This document shows, one piece after another, positions 45,625 through 60,887 of a DNA stretch of 64,000 bases; positions within the stretch are counted from its first letter, which is position 1, and every line of letters starts with the position of its first letter. The stretch is from Blastocystis sp. Blastoise. Its lineage: Eukaryota > Protista > Bigyra: Opalinata. A program made the translations under genes and the position numbers. The stretch spans positions 558,001-622,000 of the forward strand of contig JBBPEB010000014.1 of NCBI GenBank assembly GCA_039096225.1, in the 5' to 3' direction. Under the pieces are notes generated by a model. The model saw only the letters and a program-made list of their open reading frames with translations, had not been told where the DNA came from and did no database searches.

Positions 45625-48600
45625 ATGACCAAACGTTTATTTGATTTACCTAGATTCGAGACAAAGCAAAAGAGTAAACATCTTATTTGTTGTATCAAAT
45701 ATATAGCAATCCCAAGGTATGATGACCATCATGAGTTAGAAAATGATGCTTTGAATACTTCTACATTACTCGAAGGATTGAATGAAGATGTTAGTGATAA
45801 AAATCTTAGTGAAACAGAATCAATTTATGATTTACTTATGAATAATATTGTGAATCAGGTAATTTTTTATAAATTTTTATAAATGTATTAATTAATAATG
45901 TTAATTTGTTTATTTTATTTATATATATTCATATAGAAACGATTATCAAAGAATAATGAAACAAATCAATCAAAGATAGAAGATATCATTTATTCTTGTT
46001 GGTGTGAATTGAGAGTTAGCACAGAAAAAATAAAAAGACTATATGAATTAGCTAATAATATAATCAAACTGTTGAATCCTGATAGTGATTTATTGTTTAT
46101 TCCAAAGAATGGGCAAGATATAATCAGAAAGTATTGTAGAACTCATTCAGAAACGCCCATTCATAAGAATATATATGTATGTAGTAAGTGTAATTCATTA
46201 ATATCATTCAACGGTGGACGAAACCTTCTAGCTCAAGAAAAAAAACAATGCAATAACAAAGACTGTAATCTTAACTTAGGTATATATATATTATACTATT
46301 AAAAATCATCTTTATATTTTCAAATATATATGATGATTACTACCTTTATAATATATTTTTAATAGTAAATTTCTTTATAATACATTTCTTTATAATATAT
46401 TTCTTAAGGCATATTTCATTTTATTACATTTCTTAATATTTTTTTCTTAATAGTATATTTCTTATTATTATATTTCTTATTATTATATTTCTTATTATTA
46501 TATTTCTTAATAGTATATTTCTTTGTAATGTGTTTCATTATAATATGTTTCTTTACATTTTATATCTTAATAATAAATTTTTTTATATATTATATTTCTT
46601 TATAATATATTTCTTAATAATGTTTTTCTTAATATATATTATATTAACATTTAATATTTATTATTTATGTCATGATAAAGGATCAAAGGTATCAATTATT
46701 CCATTAATTCCAAGAATTCGATATATGGTTTCTTCGATGTCTTTAATGGAAGATATTTCTTATTATACAAAAGAAGAAATACAGTATTATTTATCTATGC
46801 CAATTGAAAGTCTACCTAATACTCTTCCTTCATATATGTCAGGAAAAAATTATAGAAGATATATAGAATCAGTATTAGATAATGGTGACATTTTTCTTCT
46901 ATTCGATATGACATGTGATGGTATATGTGTATTCTCAAATCCTATTATAGAAAGTAATAAATCTTCATTTCCTATACTTCTTAAACTACTAAATTACAAT
47001 AAAGAACGAATAAATGATCAACGTGTATTCTGGACTTATTGTATTACTAAAGAATCATTATCAAATACAATTCTTACTATATTAATGAAAGAGTTGTCTA
47101 TTCTATCTTCTGGTATTGAAATGGATGTGTTTATAAATGGGAGAATTGAGAAAAAAAGAGTTGTAGCTGTATTATTAAGCGCTTATGGCGATTGCGCTGC
47201 TGTTACTAATGTTGGAAGTTTTACCGGTTCTTCTTCTTCATATCCTTGTAGGTATTGTGAACTCTTTTGGAATAGAACAAATGATGATTTTCATCTGGGA
47301 ATTAAATGTGCATATGAAAGTATCAAAAATTATGTTACTATTGATGATACAAATAAAAAACTTCTGAATATTCGTTATCCATCTATTTCTCTACCATTAT
47401 ATAATTCTCATAATTCTTCATCCTCACCTCCTCAGGAAGATACTATTATTACTAGTCAAATTCTTATTGAATCTATTTCTGATGATCATATATTTACAGA
47501 TGCATTCGACACAATAACATATAATCAAAGAACTAAAGAATCTATTCAAAATAATCGCGAATTATCATCTGAAAATGGATCAAATATTGGAATAAAGCAA
47601 AAACCTAGTGTTTTTGAATCACTAACTTATTTTGATGCATCTACAAGCTATACACTTGATCCTATGCATTTATTCAACAATGTTTGTACTCTTATCTTAA
47701 ATCTCTTATTCCATTATAATGTTACAGATTATACTACTAAATTAGCTAAAAATGATAGTATAAATCCTCAGAAACTACTTATGACATATTGTCTAGATGA
47801 TGAGAATATGTCTATTCTTAATTCAAGAATACTAGCAATCAATACACTCTACAATGATAATGAATACGAATTTAGATATATATTGAATGAGAAAAAATTC
47901 TACAATATGTCCTCACATACTAGAATTTTTTTTACTTCATGTATTCTTCCTCTTATTACTTTAGATTTCAGTGCTTCTGATTCTCCACTTATTTTACTTA
48001 TTGATCCATTAGCAACTATTATACGTAATGTCTACATATATCGTGGAAATACTTCACAGAATATTTTAAATATGTTTAAAGATCAATGCTATATATTCTG
48101 TTTTTTATGTGAACTCCTGCTTCCAAAAGAAATTTTGAATACACAGTTACATCTTATTCAACATCTTTATGATTCTATTATAAACTCTGGTTCTATATAT
48201 TATGCTTCCACTTTTCAGTCAGAAAGATTCTATTCGTTTCTTAAAAGAGTATCCTTTGGAAGAAAAAACTTTAACGAATCATGTATTCGATGCGTAATTG
48301 AGAGGGAGGTACTAGATATAAATATGAAAAAATACTCCAACGATTATATATTAGATGAATTCTCAATAGATTCTAATAGTATTACTAATAATGATAATGA
48401 ATCTAGAATTAGTATTGATATACATCCTCAACAAATAATATCTGATACTTTTAATAGTATTATTATTAATTATAATGGTATTGATACAGTGAAAGGAATA
48501 AGAGGAATTGATAAAATTAAATTGTATAAAAATGATATGAAAGATATAGCTAAGATTATTCTATCATCAAATGATAGTATACTTAAAGAACGTCTCTATC

Positions 48601-49223
48601 AAGGCATAGATATCAATGAAATTATATATGTTGATGATATTCTAAATGATCCTTCCTTGTGTAAAATAATTTTTAATAATTTAGAAAAACTAGAAATGAC
48701 ATTTTACTCTGAGATAATATTAAATGATTCAATAATATTTAATTCTTCTGATATTGACCAAGGAATAGAAACAATTGACAATTCATATATTATGTACTTC
48801 ACTTATGACACAATAAATAGTCATAAAGTTCACTTAATTAAAGCTCTATGTTATATCCAAATTGGATCTTTATTATTGATAAAAAAGCATGAATATCCAT
48901 ATGCACGAGTATCAACAACAGGATTGTATTACATAGTTAATGATTCTAATGAAGTTCTGTCAAAAAGAAAGGAATATGTATCTAGTTTCATATCTATATC
49001 TGATATTGAACCTTTTAATTTAATAATTGCAGATGTCCATGAGTATATCAATCGAAATAATGATGAAACATATGCAGAGGTATATATATATATATATCTT
49101 TTTAATAAAATTTCTTTAATATAGGGAAATGAGAAAGACGATCAAGATAATACTGGAGTAGTTGATGGAAGAACAGTTATCACGAATACTGTGTTTATAA
49201 CTCGACATAATAATACAATATGA
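45625..49223 (+). CDS. CACTA/EnSpm-type (TnpD-like) transposase, ~1024 aa, 4 exons
   Basis: Exons 45625-45858, 45937-46279, 46681-49079 and 49125-49223 join in frame (the exon 3 acceptor is an AAG, so less certain). Motifs CSKC...CNNKDC, FDMTCDG, GDCAA...YPCRYC, DPMHL and HLIQHLYDSIINSG...FQSERFY. Confidence 0.9.
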
Positions 49224-50099
49224 ACATAAAACTATTATATTTCTAGTATTAATAATATGTTTCATTCTTAGTAAGATATATATTACATAATATTTTTGTT
49301 ACAATTTTATTTTTCTAATACGGTTATCTAATCATATTTATGTCATTATATTATTTTGTTTCGATCTATATTATAAAGTAAAACAGTATTGAATAAATGA
49401 CTTTTTTAAGCCTTAAAAAATAAGAATTTTAACAGAACTATTACATAAAATACTCATTCAGTAATCATTAAAATAGCAAATTATTATTACTACAGGTATA
49501 TCAATTATGATTTTTAATTATTTATGATAATTCTATTAGCCAAATATTTATCATATAATACAATAAGATTATTTTTTTTATTAATATAACTTTGTGTTAA
49601 TTATTTAAAATGACATATATTCAGATCTGGGATATCAATATTGTAGTTAGTAACAAAGTATTAAACATTATAGAATTCACGAAGAATAATTATGTAGAAC
49701 AATAAATCATTAAGAATAAAAACGAGTTTAAATTCCTGAAAAATTTGTATCTACTATTTATGATATTATTGTTAAGGCTATCCAATAAACAACAAATGTT
49801 AACATCAAAAAATTATTAATGTGTTTAGAATCACTATTATAGATATCCTCAGAAATAAGGACAGTAAATGGAATTATATAAAAGGTTAAAGGCATCTTTC
49901 AGGAAACAAATAAAGAACAATAAGAATTGATAATCATGATAATAGATGAATTGGATGCACAATCTGTAAAAAATAATAACACTAAAAAGAATATTTATAA
50001 TCATCAGTATTAGGATATAATGTAATTCTTTAAAAGCAGCAAACAAAATAATATAATTATTTACAGAATATATAAAATAAAGTAGTTATAAACATTATT

Positions 50100-51330
50100 A
50101 GATTAATAAATGTGAGAGGTTTCAAAATAGTTATAGACTTAATAGAAGGTATATCAATTAAAAGATTGTCAAAAGTTATAGGATTGATAGAAATTACTAA
50201 CATTATAGATTAATGATCATTATAGAATAAATAGAGGTTATAAAATTAATAAATTATAAATGTTTGAGGATAAATAGAAGTTATAAGATTTATAGAATTA
50301 ATATATGATATATGATTAGTACTGTATATAGAAGTTATAAGAATAATAGAAGGTGTAGTCGCTCAAATTAATAGATAATAATGCTAGTAGAATGTATAAG
50401 ATTAATAAAAGGTATAAGATTAATAAAAGGTATAGGATTAAAAGAAAGTATAGGATTAGTGAATTTTAAAGAAGTAATAGGATCAATAGACCATAAGATC
50501 AATAGAAACTACAAATTAATAGAATGTATAGATGTTTTACTGTTAATACAGTTTATGGAGTTAATAGAAGTTATAGAAATCATATAATTAATAGAATTTA
50601 TATAATAATGCTACTAATAAAATCGTTAAGACAAATAGATGGTGAAGAAGCTATATTAATAGTAGAGATTATAAGATTAATGGATGGTATAGAAACTATA
50701 AGATTAACAGAGATTATAGAACTAATAGAAGTTAAAGACATTTTATGATTAATAATAGTAATAGAATTTCTAAGATTAATAGGATATAAATGAGTAATAG
50801 AAATAATAGAATACATAAGATAAAAGATACTATAGTATTAATATAATAAGAAATATAAATTGTTAGAAGTTAAAAGTAAAATAGAAACTATGACATTAAT
50901 AGATTCTATATGAGGAACAGAAGTTATATGACTAATGAAAGCTGTAGAAGTTACAAAAATAGTAGAAATTATAGAAGTTATGAGATTTATGGAATTTCTA
51001 GGATTAATTTAGATAATAGAGGTTATAAAAATATCGGATTACTAGTATAAAAAGTAATAGAACTAATAGAATTAGTAAAATTAGTAAAATTGATGGACGT
51101 AGTAGAATTAGTAGAATTGCAGAATATATACGATTATCTTTAATATATCTAATTGAACTTTTAATATTTATCAGTTATAGTAATTATGTGTATATTAGAA
51201 TAATAGAAGCTAAAGGGTTAATATACGTTATAAGATAATTAAACTTTATAAGACGAATGAACGTTAAAGAAAAATAAGCATTAACGGATTAATACGCTTT
51301 ACAGAGTAATTAAAGGAATAGGATTAATCG
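50100..51330. repeat. Degenerate 18-bp tandem array (consensus ~GATTAATAGAAGTTATAG)
   Basis: Recurrent TTAATAGAAG(T/G)TATA units, e.g. near-perfect copies at 50395-50460. Confidence 0.75.
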
Positions 51331-51749
51331 AAATAATCAGACTGATGACTTATTTATAGATAAAAAATATCATTATGAAGAGACAAATATCGATTAAATA
51401 ACGAGTAACATTAAAAATAATTATTTCATAATCTTTTTTTTTCAACATATTAATACTTTGTAAAGTGTAGATAAATATTATCATAGTACCAAAAGGTGAG
51501 AATAGATTTTGTGGTATTAAATGCTAATATTGGACGATTTATTGATTAGTTTCAATCCTGAAATATAATATAATAGTAATAATATTGATTTTATATTAAA
51601 TATCAATAGTTAGATATAATAAAAGTCCATGAAATTAATACAACAATTCTATAATATAATAATTCTAACATATATTTTTATATTAGTATTGATATACAAT
51701 TATAATAGAAATGTAAGAGATTGTGATACATATCAAAAAGCTTATTTAG

Positions 51750-52900
51750 ATGTAATAAGATATAAAATTAGGATATAAAATTGTAATAATGGTTCTACTG
51801 AATAGAAAAAAATATTATAAATCAGATAGTTGACCAATAGTTATACTTCAAATAATCAAAGAAAGGCAACAAATATAGAAGAAGCAATGACAATAGGAAT
51901 AATGTCACTAGTAGCAAATATTAAAAAGAAGTAGTAGCATATATTTGTAGTGTATAAAAAGTGTTTGAAGAATACTATTAGAAAACGACATTCATAGTAT
52001 AAATTGTATATAACCTCTAGTAAAATTTAGAGTAAACAACAGTACTTTATTGACTAATATTAGTTTATTTTGAATTATTAAATTAGCTAGTAAAATAAAA
52101 AACAAAAAGGAATTAGAATAATATCATATATAGTAGTATTTATTATAATACACATAATATTAGTAGAATCATGAAATAATACATAAACCAAATAAATGAC
52201 TGTTATAAAGATATAATTGAATTTAGAAAAATTCTGACCATCATACATAAATAAAATCAAAATTAGTACCCGAGTAATGCAGTAGGTAAGTAGTAGCAAT
52301 AACAATTCAAATACAAATTGATACGTACAAAAATATGACTGAATAAGTAAGAATATCATAGAAGGTTTAGTAAGAATAAAAAATAGGAATACAATTAGGG
52401 ATATCAATACAAGTGACTGATAAGTGGAAGGAATGTTATTAACTAATAACAATAGGATAATTGTAATGCAACTCAAAAAACAATTAAATATTAATAGAAT
52501 ATTATTGCATAATATGTCAATAGTTATAATTCATTTTGATAGCAGATAACAATAAATATCATATAGAAGAGTTAATAAAAATAAATCAAAAAAGAGATAT
52601 GATAACAGAAGTATTCATTATACATTTGATATTCAGTAATATATATTTATAGTAGTAATAAAGGAACATAATTAAACAGTAGTATAGTAAGAATCTTGAA
52701 TACATGGATATAAATTGCTATGTTATTTTTTTTCAACAAGAATTGAAGTTGATAATTTTGTAGAACTAATATAATATTTCAAACAAAAGTAATAGCATAG
52801 TAGGAGTGGAAGACAGTAAATAAATTCCAGAAAGAATAATCTACATAATAGGAAGAATAAGATATGAAATAAGTTAGAGAAAAACATATAAAATTGTATA
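51750..52900 (-). pseudogene. Decayed hydrophobic (membrane protein-like) coding relic inside the CACTA element
   Basis: A 129-aa hydrophobic ORF (52087-52476) is flanked by similar but stop-interrupted sequence. Confidence 0.3.
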
Positions 52901-53086
52901 ATGTTCTATATGATATATTAAAGATAAATTTATAGCACTAATATCTAAGAAAAGTATGACGTTCAATTAAAGTAAATTAAATAAATGAAAGAAAAACACA
53001 TCATATTATGTACATTAAATGAAATGAATATATACACAATGAATAGTAGAATAAAACATATCTATACAATAAATACATTACGCAAA

Positions 53087-53147
<61 letters not shown>

Positions 53148-53277
53148 AGTATAATAAGAATATACAAAGTAACATCATCATCATCTTCATCAATTTAAGC
53201 ATCTTTTTATTTTTATAAAGTATAAATTATCTTTTGTTATTTTTTTATCTTTAAATAATTTGTATATTAATAAAATA

Positions 53278-53425
53278 TTAAATAATAAAATAATAAAATA
53301 ATAAAATAATGAAATAATAAAATAATGAAATAATAAAATAATAAAATAATAAAATAATGAAATAATAAAATAATAAAATAATGAAATAATGAAATAATGA
53401 AATAATGAAATAATAAAATAATGAT
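53278..53425. repeat. (AAATAAT[A/G])n 8-bp tandem repeat
   Basis: Direct observation. Confidence 0.9.
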
Positions 53426-53439
53426 AACAATATATGTAT

Positions 53440-54200
<761 letters not shown>

Positions 54201-55290
54201 AAAGAATCATGTTGCAAAATAGGAAATTTTTAATAAATAAATACTGATATATTATGTGTTGAGCTTAAAAACGTAAACAATTCTTATTATAAACTCTAGT
54301 TTTAGTTATAGACAATATATTTAAAATATAAGATGAATTCACAGTTAAATTCAAACTATTTAGTCAAAAAATAAATATTTTCATAAAAAAATAGTTTTTT
54401 TTATTTTGATATATTTCATGATAGTTTATTAGAATTTTAGTTTATAACAGTTCAAACACAACCATATACAAACAATACTGTTGTATCCCAATAATCAAAA
54501 CTTTGAAAATAAAAACTCATTTTTCTTTGACTCTATGATCTGTTTGCTTATTCTTTTGAAAACTATTAATTTTTACTTGAGACTTCTATTCATATCAGAA
54601 TTAATTATAAAAGCAACTCATAAAAAGACTTTTATTTCATTCTGAGAAAAGTCCGTCTTTTTATGATCCCCGATATATTTTTCTAATGGGGAATTTTATT
54701 TCATATTGAAATCAAAAGAAAAAACCATTTTAAAACCTTTGTGTCCTCTTTTATACAATAAAATATAGATAGACTCAGTTTTGAACAAGAAATATATTCC
54801 CGTAAATATTTAAAAAACAAAAATCTGGTCTAACTGTCCATGATACAAATAGGCTCGGCTCTTTTTTTCAGTGTAAAAAAAATACAAAATTTTGACTTTT
54901 TGGCTGAATTTTTGTTTTGAGCCATAGAGGTCAGCTGTTTGACTTTTAATTACATTTATGACTCTAAAACGGTCTAAACTTTAAACAGAGAGACATAATG
55001 TTTTAAAATATTGACCCCCATTTTTCATCAGAATTACGACTTAAAACAAAAGAAAAACGGTTTGGATATCGTGTGACCCTCTATAAATAAAAAATAATGT
55101 CAATTCTTTAATAAAATAGGTTTAATATGGTCTTTGAGTCTAAATCAAAAGTCGTCTTAAAATTTTTGTGAAAATTTTCTTTTTTTTGCCTAAGTCTTTT
55201 TTTTATTGAATTCTCATTGGCTAAATGAGTCTTGAACGAAAATTAACCAATTAAAACCCTTTAAAAAGTCAAAAGTGCCTACCAGTGGTC

Positions 55291-56708
55291 CTGAATCTGA
55301 TAAGATTCTTGCTTTTAAGTATTACGATGCTGATCGTGTTGTGATGGGAAAAGTATGATTTATAAATTAGAATAGGATGTTTATATCTATATGTTTTTCT
55401 TTAGAAAATGAGTGAGCATCTTCGTTTTGCTTGTGCTTGGTGGCATACTTTTTGTGCTGGAGGTAATGATCAATTTGGTGATCCTACTCTTCCTAAGCCT
55501 TGGGATGATGGTACTAAAACATTAGAAATGTGTAAGAAACGTGTTGATGCTGCCTTTGAATTCTTTACTAAACTTGGAGTTCAATATTATTGTTTCCATG
55601 ATCGTGATATTGCTCCTGAACTTGATACTCTTGAGGCTACTAATCATTTATTAGATCAAGTAAGTGATTATATGCTTGAAAAGCAAAAAGAAACTGGTGT
55701 TAAGTTATTATGGGCTACTGCCAATTGTTTTGGTGCTCCTCGTTATATGAATGGTGCTTCTACAAATCCTGATGCTCATGTATTTGCTGCTACTTGTGCT
55801 CAAGTAAAGAAAGCTATGGATCTTTGTCTTAAATTAGGAGGTGTTAACTATGTATTTTGGGGTGGTCGTGAAGGTTATCAAAGTATTCTTAATTCTATTC
55901 CTAAAGAAGAATTAGATCATATGGCTCGTTTTATGCATATGGCTGTTGATTATAAGAAGAAGATTGGTGCTACATTCCAATTATTAATTGAACCTAAACC
56001 TAGAGAACCTACTAAACATCAAGTATGTATTTTTATTTATTTATTATTATCTTTATTATTATATATTTATTATTATATATTTATTATATAAATATAATAA
56101 TTAAAATTGATTTTTAGTATGATTATGATGCTCAAACAGTTATTGGTTTCCTTCGTACTTATGGTTTAGAAAATGATTTCAAATTAAATATTGAACCTAA
56201 TCATACTACTCTTGCTGGTCATGATTATGAACATGATATTGTAATTGCTTCTCAATATGGTATGCTAGGTTCTGTTGATGCTAATACTGGTGATACTCTT
56301 CTTGGTTGGGATACTGATCAATTCTTAATGGATACTAAAAAGGCTGTTATTTGTCTTTTAGCTATTATTAAAGCTGGTGGTTTACATAGTGGTGGCTTAA
56401 ATTTCGATGCTAAAGTAAGAAGAGAATCTACAGATTTAGAAGATCGTTTTATTGCTCATATTGGTTCTATGGATACTTGGGCTCATGCTTTATTAATTGT
56501 AGAAAAAATATTAGCTGATGGTAAACTTGATAAACTTGTAAATGCTCGTTATTCTAGCTATACTGAAGGATTAGGTGCTAAAATACATAATGGTGAAGCT
56601 ACTTTCGATGAATGTGAACAATATATTCTTGAACATGGTGAACCTAAACCTATTTCTGCTAAACAAGAAATGTTTGAAATGGTACTTAATCAATATTTAA
56701 GATTATAA
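55291..56708 (+). CDS. xylA: Xylose isomerase (class II), main body
   Basis: Exons 55291-55352, 55405-56022 and 56118-56708. Motifs WWHTF, FHDRD, VFWGGREG, IEPKPREPTKHQYDYD, NIEPNH, GWDTDQF and GGLNFDAK. Confidence 0.97.
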
Positions 56709-56722
56709 ATATATAGACTTAA

Positions 56723-56760
<38 letters not shown>

Positions 56761-57095
56761 ATCTTTTCCTCTATCATTATTATTTACTTGATTTTCATCG
56801 CATTTGTAGTTATATCTCGTTTATTTCTTAACTACTGTTATATCTTGCTTAACTATCTCTGCACGTTATTATCATATATTTGTTTTGTTTTATTATTTAT
56901 TAAAACTCAAAATCATTTCAAACAAACAATAACTTTATATATATATCATTCTACAAAGACAAACAAAATAATAACAAAAGTTAAAAAATGGAGAAAAACT
57001 AATCAATTAGCTACGCAAAAAAAAAAAAAAAATAAATAATAAATAACAAAAATAACAATAAAAAATATAACAATGAATAAAAAAAATAATAATAA

Positions 57096-57778
57096 TTATA
57101 ATATATATTCATCTAAACCAAAAACTTCGATTTCTTCTACTTGGAAATAAACACAACTTTGATTTTTAGTTATGGAAGAAAATTGAATTTGATCATAATG
57201 AGTATCATAAGCATGATTCGATTCAATTGAAATCCAACCACCTTGTTGCTTATTACATTTATCATCAATAAATAAATCAAAACCATCTCCAAAAACAGGA
57301 CCACAACGTTGATGATTGTATATAGCATATTTTGGAGATTTACAAAGACTTTTCACAGGACACATCTGATCATTTATTGCTAATAAATATATGAACGCTT
57401 CTTTATCTTCAACAAACTGCCTTACTATATATATGATTTCATATAGATTAATAAATAGTTAAAAAAATAAACAAATAAATGTAAAATAAATAAATAAATA
57501 CGTTGATGAGGAGGAGTTATCCAAGATTTTGATGTATATCCTCCAAAAATAACAGAGTCAGATCCAATCTTACATTTGATAATAGTGACAGTCTCACCTC
57601 TCTGATCACACTTTTTGTGAAAACAATTTGCAGAAAAACCATCTTGAGTCCCTCTGTAAAGTAAGTCCCATTTTTTATCTTCACCTAACCAATTGAGGAT
57701 TACCGAACAACTATTCATGTTTAACAAAACAGAATCAGGAAAGTAATCAACCATCATGTCATTCGACAGATAAACCAT
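57096..57778 (-). CDS. TLDc domain protein, 2 exons
   Basis: Motifs WDLLYRGTQDGFSANCFHKKCD, IFGGYTSKSW, GPVFGDGFDLFI and FQVEEIEVF. Confidence 0.92.
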
Positions 57779-58839
57779 TCTAACCCATAAAAATAAAACA
57801 TATCTAGATTTGTAAATTGAAAAAAACCAAAAAGACTGTGTATAAACTGTATAATTCACTGAAATACAAAATATTTCCCATGAAATCACTAAAATTTTAA
57901 AACCTGCTTAACTTTTTAAATACTTATTTAGTATTTATTATGTGTTTTTCTTTAGTAAAATGATATCTATTGATGAACATGATGAATAATAGACACAATT
58001 TATTAATTCATAGAAAAATATAAGCTTTTGTTTATCTATTGTGATTACGTTTTTTATTCAATTGCCACTTTTACAAGTAAGAATGCATCGTTGTTAGATC
58101 TATAGGATCAGAAAATATTACTTAAGATTTATTTTTCATTTGGTTTTCATATATATTTGATTTTCTTTGTATTGTATACTTTTTATCATCTCAAAATAAT
58201 GGTTATAAACACCTTAGCAAGCAATGATTACTAAATAATTCATATTGATAATTCTTTGTATCGATTATTTTCAATACTTTGAAATTCTTACGATTCATGC
58301 TTGTATAATATTATTAAGCATGAATTATGTAGGTTTTACTATCAAACAAATAAAATAGAGATCTGTTTTTTAAAAATAAATAGTTTAATGATTAGTATAT
58401 TATTTATAAAACTGACTAACAACTGAACTAATATATATGAAATCATTAGGTAATAAACAAGAAATAATAAATGAAATGAATTTCAATGATAATTGTTTAA
58501 TTGATTCTAAATAAGGAATTCGGACTTCTATCACGGTAAAACAAGTTTCTGATGACTTATTTCTTTTAAATTATTGAGAATGAAATCTTTTTTTAAATGA
58601 AAAGTGGTATTTGTCTGTAACTCTTATCATAACACGAAATATCTTATATATTTAAACCAAGCACTATTATGTTATATATATACATATACTCTCTCAATTG
58701 TACTTGATAAATGAACTCTTAAAAATGAAGTATTAATATTTCTTTTTCAGATCAATTCTGACTTTCTGAATTGGTTTTGGCGGTTTTTTCACCACTTTGA
58801 AGAATCGTTCAATTATCGTTAGCTATTACAAATATATGA

Positions 58840-60851
58840 ATGAAACGCGTTCAACAAGATAGTTGTGATATATTTGAAGAAATAGAACAACAAAAGAGGA
58901 AATTTCTGAGTAGTCATTCGAATAGTATGGATGCAAATAACATATATTGTCGTGATCCAAATTGTAAATTGACTCATTCATTTACTTTTGATGATATCTC
59001 TTTTGAAATCAATACTCAATTTATGAATTGTCCTTTTTATATGAATACTATGATTTTTATGTTAAAGAAGATATGCGAAACTGTATATAGATAAGTATTT
59101 TAATAAAAAACAATATTATATATAGGAAACAATTTCAAAACAAGTATCGATTTTTCAATATCTCAAATTTATGTTGTCTTCTTCATATATGAAACTATTC
59201 TACGTCACTCAAGAAATAAAGAGTATGTATTTATGTATATAAAAGAAACATAGTTTTTAGAAACATCTGTTTTCTCTTCAAAATTAATTCTATATTCACT
59301 TGATTTATTAACGACAGATGATTTATTTCAAGATTCTTCTGAATTATCTATTCAAGTATATATAGTCTATAGAACATCGAGTCTTATTATTCTATAGACA
59401 TTTCTATCTAATCTTGTAAAGAATTCAAAAAATGATGATCATCTGTATATATTTAATAATTGTCTATATATACTATGATATGTATACAATTTATTCTATA
59501 GTGATATTCTCATGCTCTTTGATCGAATTATTCGACATTATCTTTCAATTACTACAACGGATACTGTATATTATTATTTTTAATTCTCTTATTAGTTTCA
59601 TTCATTTGTTTTTCTAATATATGTGTATATAGATACTCAAAAAATTATTATCTATACTAATATATTTACTGAATCCTTCTCAATCAAATGATATTGTTTC
59701 TAATAAAATATATATTGGAATACAAAATGTATTTTAATTGATTTTATTCTATGAATCTGTTTTATTCTATATGTTGTATCACTAGCATTTCAACAATTGT
59801 CAATCTGAAAGTCTATATACTTTATTATCCTCATTACTTCCTATCTACTGTTCTATACAACTAGATTGTATATAATGATCATTAACAATACTTGATAGTT
59901 ATTATATATATATATAGCTCAATATACTTCATTATATAAACAAATGTTATCTTCTTTTCTTCCTCTCTTTTCTTCTTCTCAAAAAGAATCATTTTGTATA
60001 TATTTTGTTTTCTTGTTCATTTATAAATAATTTCTATTAAAAATATGTATACATTCCTTTATATATATATATATATATAGATTCTTTACTTTTTTCGTTA
60101 TCTACTTCTAAACAAAATATTCCTATTAATTCTACTGATATAAATCTAAATTCAACATTTCTACTTACTTGTGATTATCTATTTACTTATCCAGAAATAG
60201 CTATTAATTTTATAGAATTTTATTCTTTATTTATATATGATTCATTATTTATAACACAGTATAAGTCAGAATCTCCAATTTATACAAACGTTATTTTACC
60301 ATCATTAAAACTACTCACACATGTATATTAATATTCTATGTAAACTACTATATATTTATATATATAGATATATGAACCTTATGAATATAAACTTTATTTA
60401 TATACATATATTATTAAATGTGAAAGTATGCATATATATATATTAATTTTATATATAACTTTTATATAATAGGTATGACTGAATATGTGAAGAAACCAAA
60501 GAATAATTTACATATAATTTTAATGTTATTCATGGATTTATTAGACATATATCCCCGTGATTATCAAGAGGTTTTATTTGATATATTAAAGTCATTAAGA
60601 TATACAGAGAGTGCTTCACAAGTATTTTATTATTCTTTTTTATTCTATAAAAATATATATTATAATTGGTAATTATATATATATATATATTAATTACTTT
60701 ATATAGGTGCAACCATTCTTAGATAAATATCGAGATATAGTACAAAAGTGTAAAAAGGATATTAAAGAGGATGAGAGAGAGATACATAATGATGAAGAAC
60801 AATATACTAAGATGACGACAGTATGATAAGTATTCTTCTTTACATTCTATA

Positions 60852-60887
<36 letters not shown>

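Noticed and set aside
55291-56708. Claim of recent bacterial transfer for xylA (and for acpS at 6047-6433)
   Set aside because: xylA has host-style introns and both families occur in eukaryotes; origin cannot be judged without a phylogeny.
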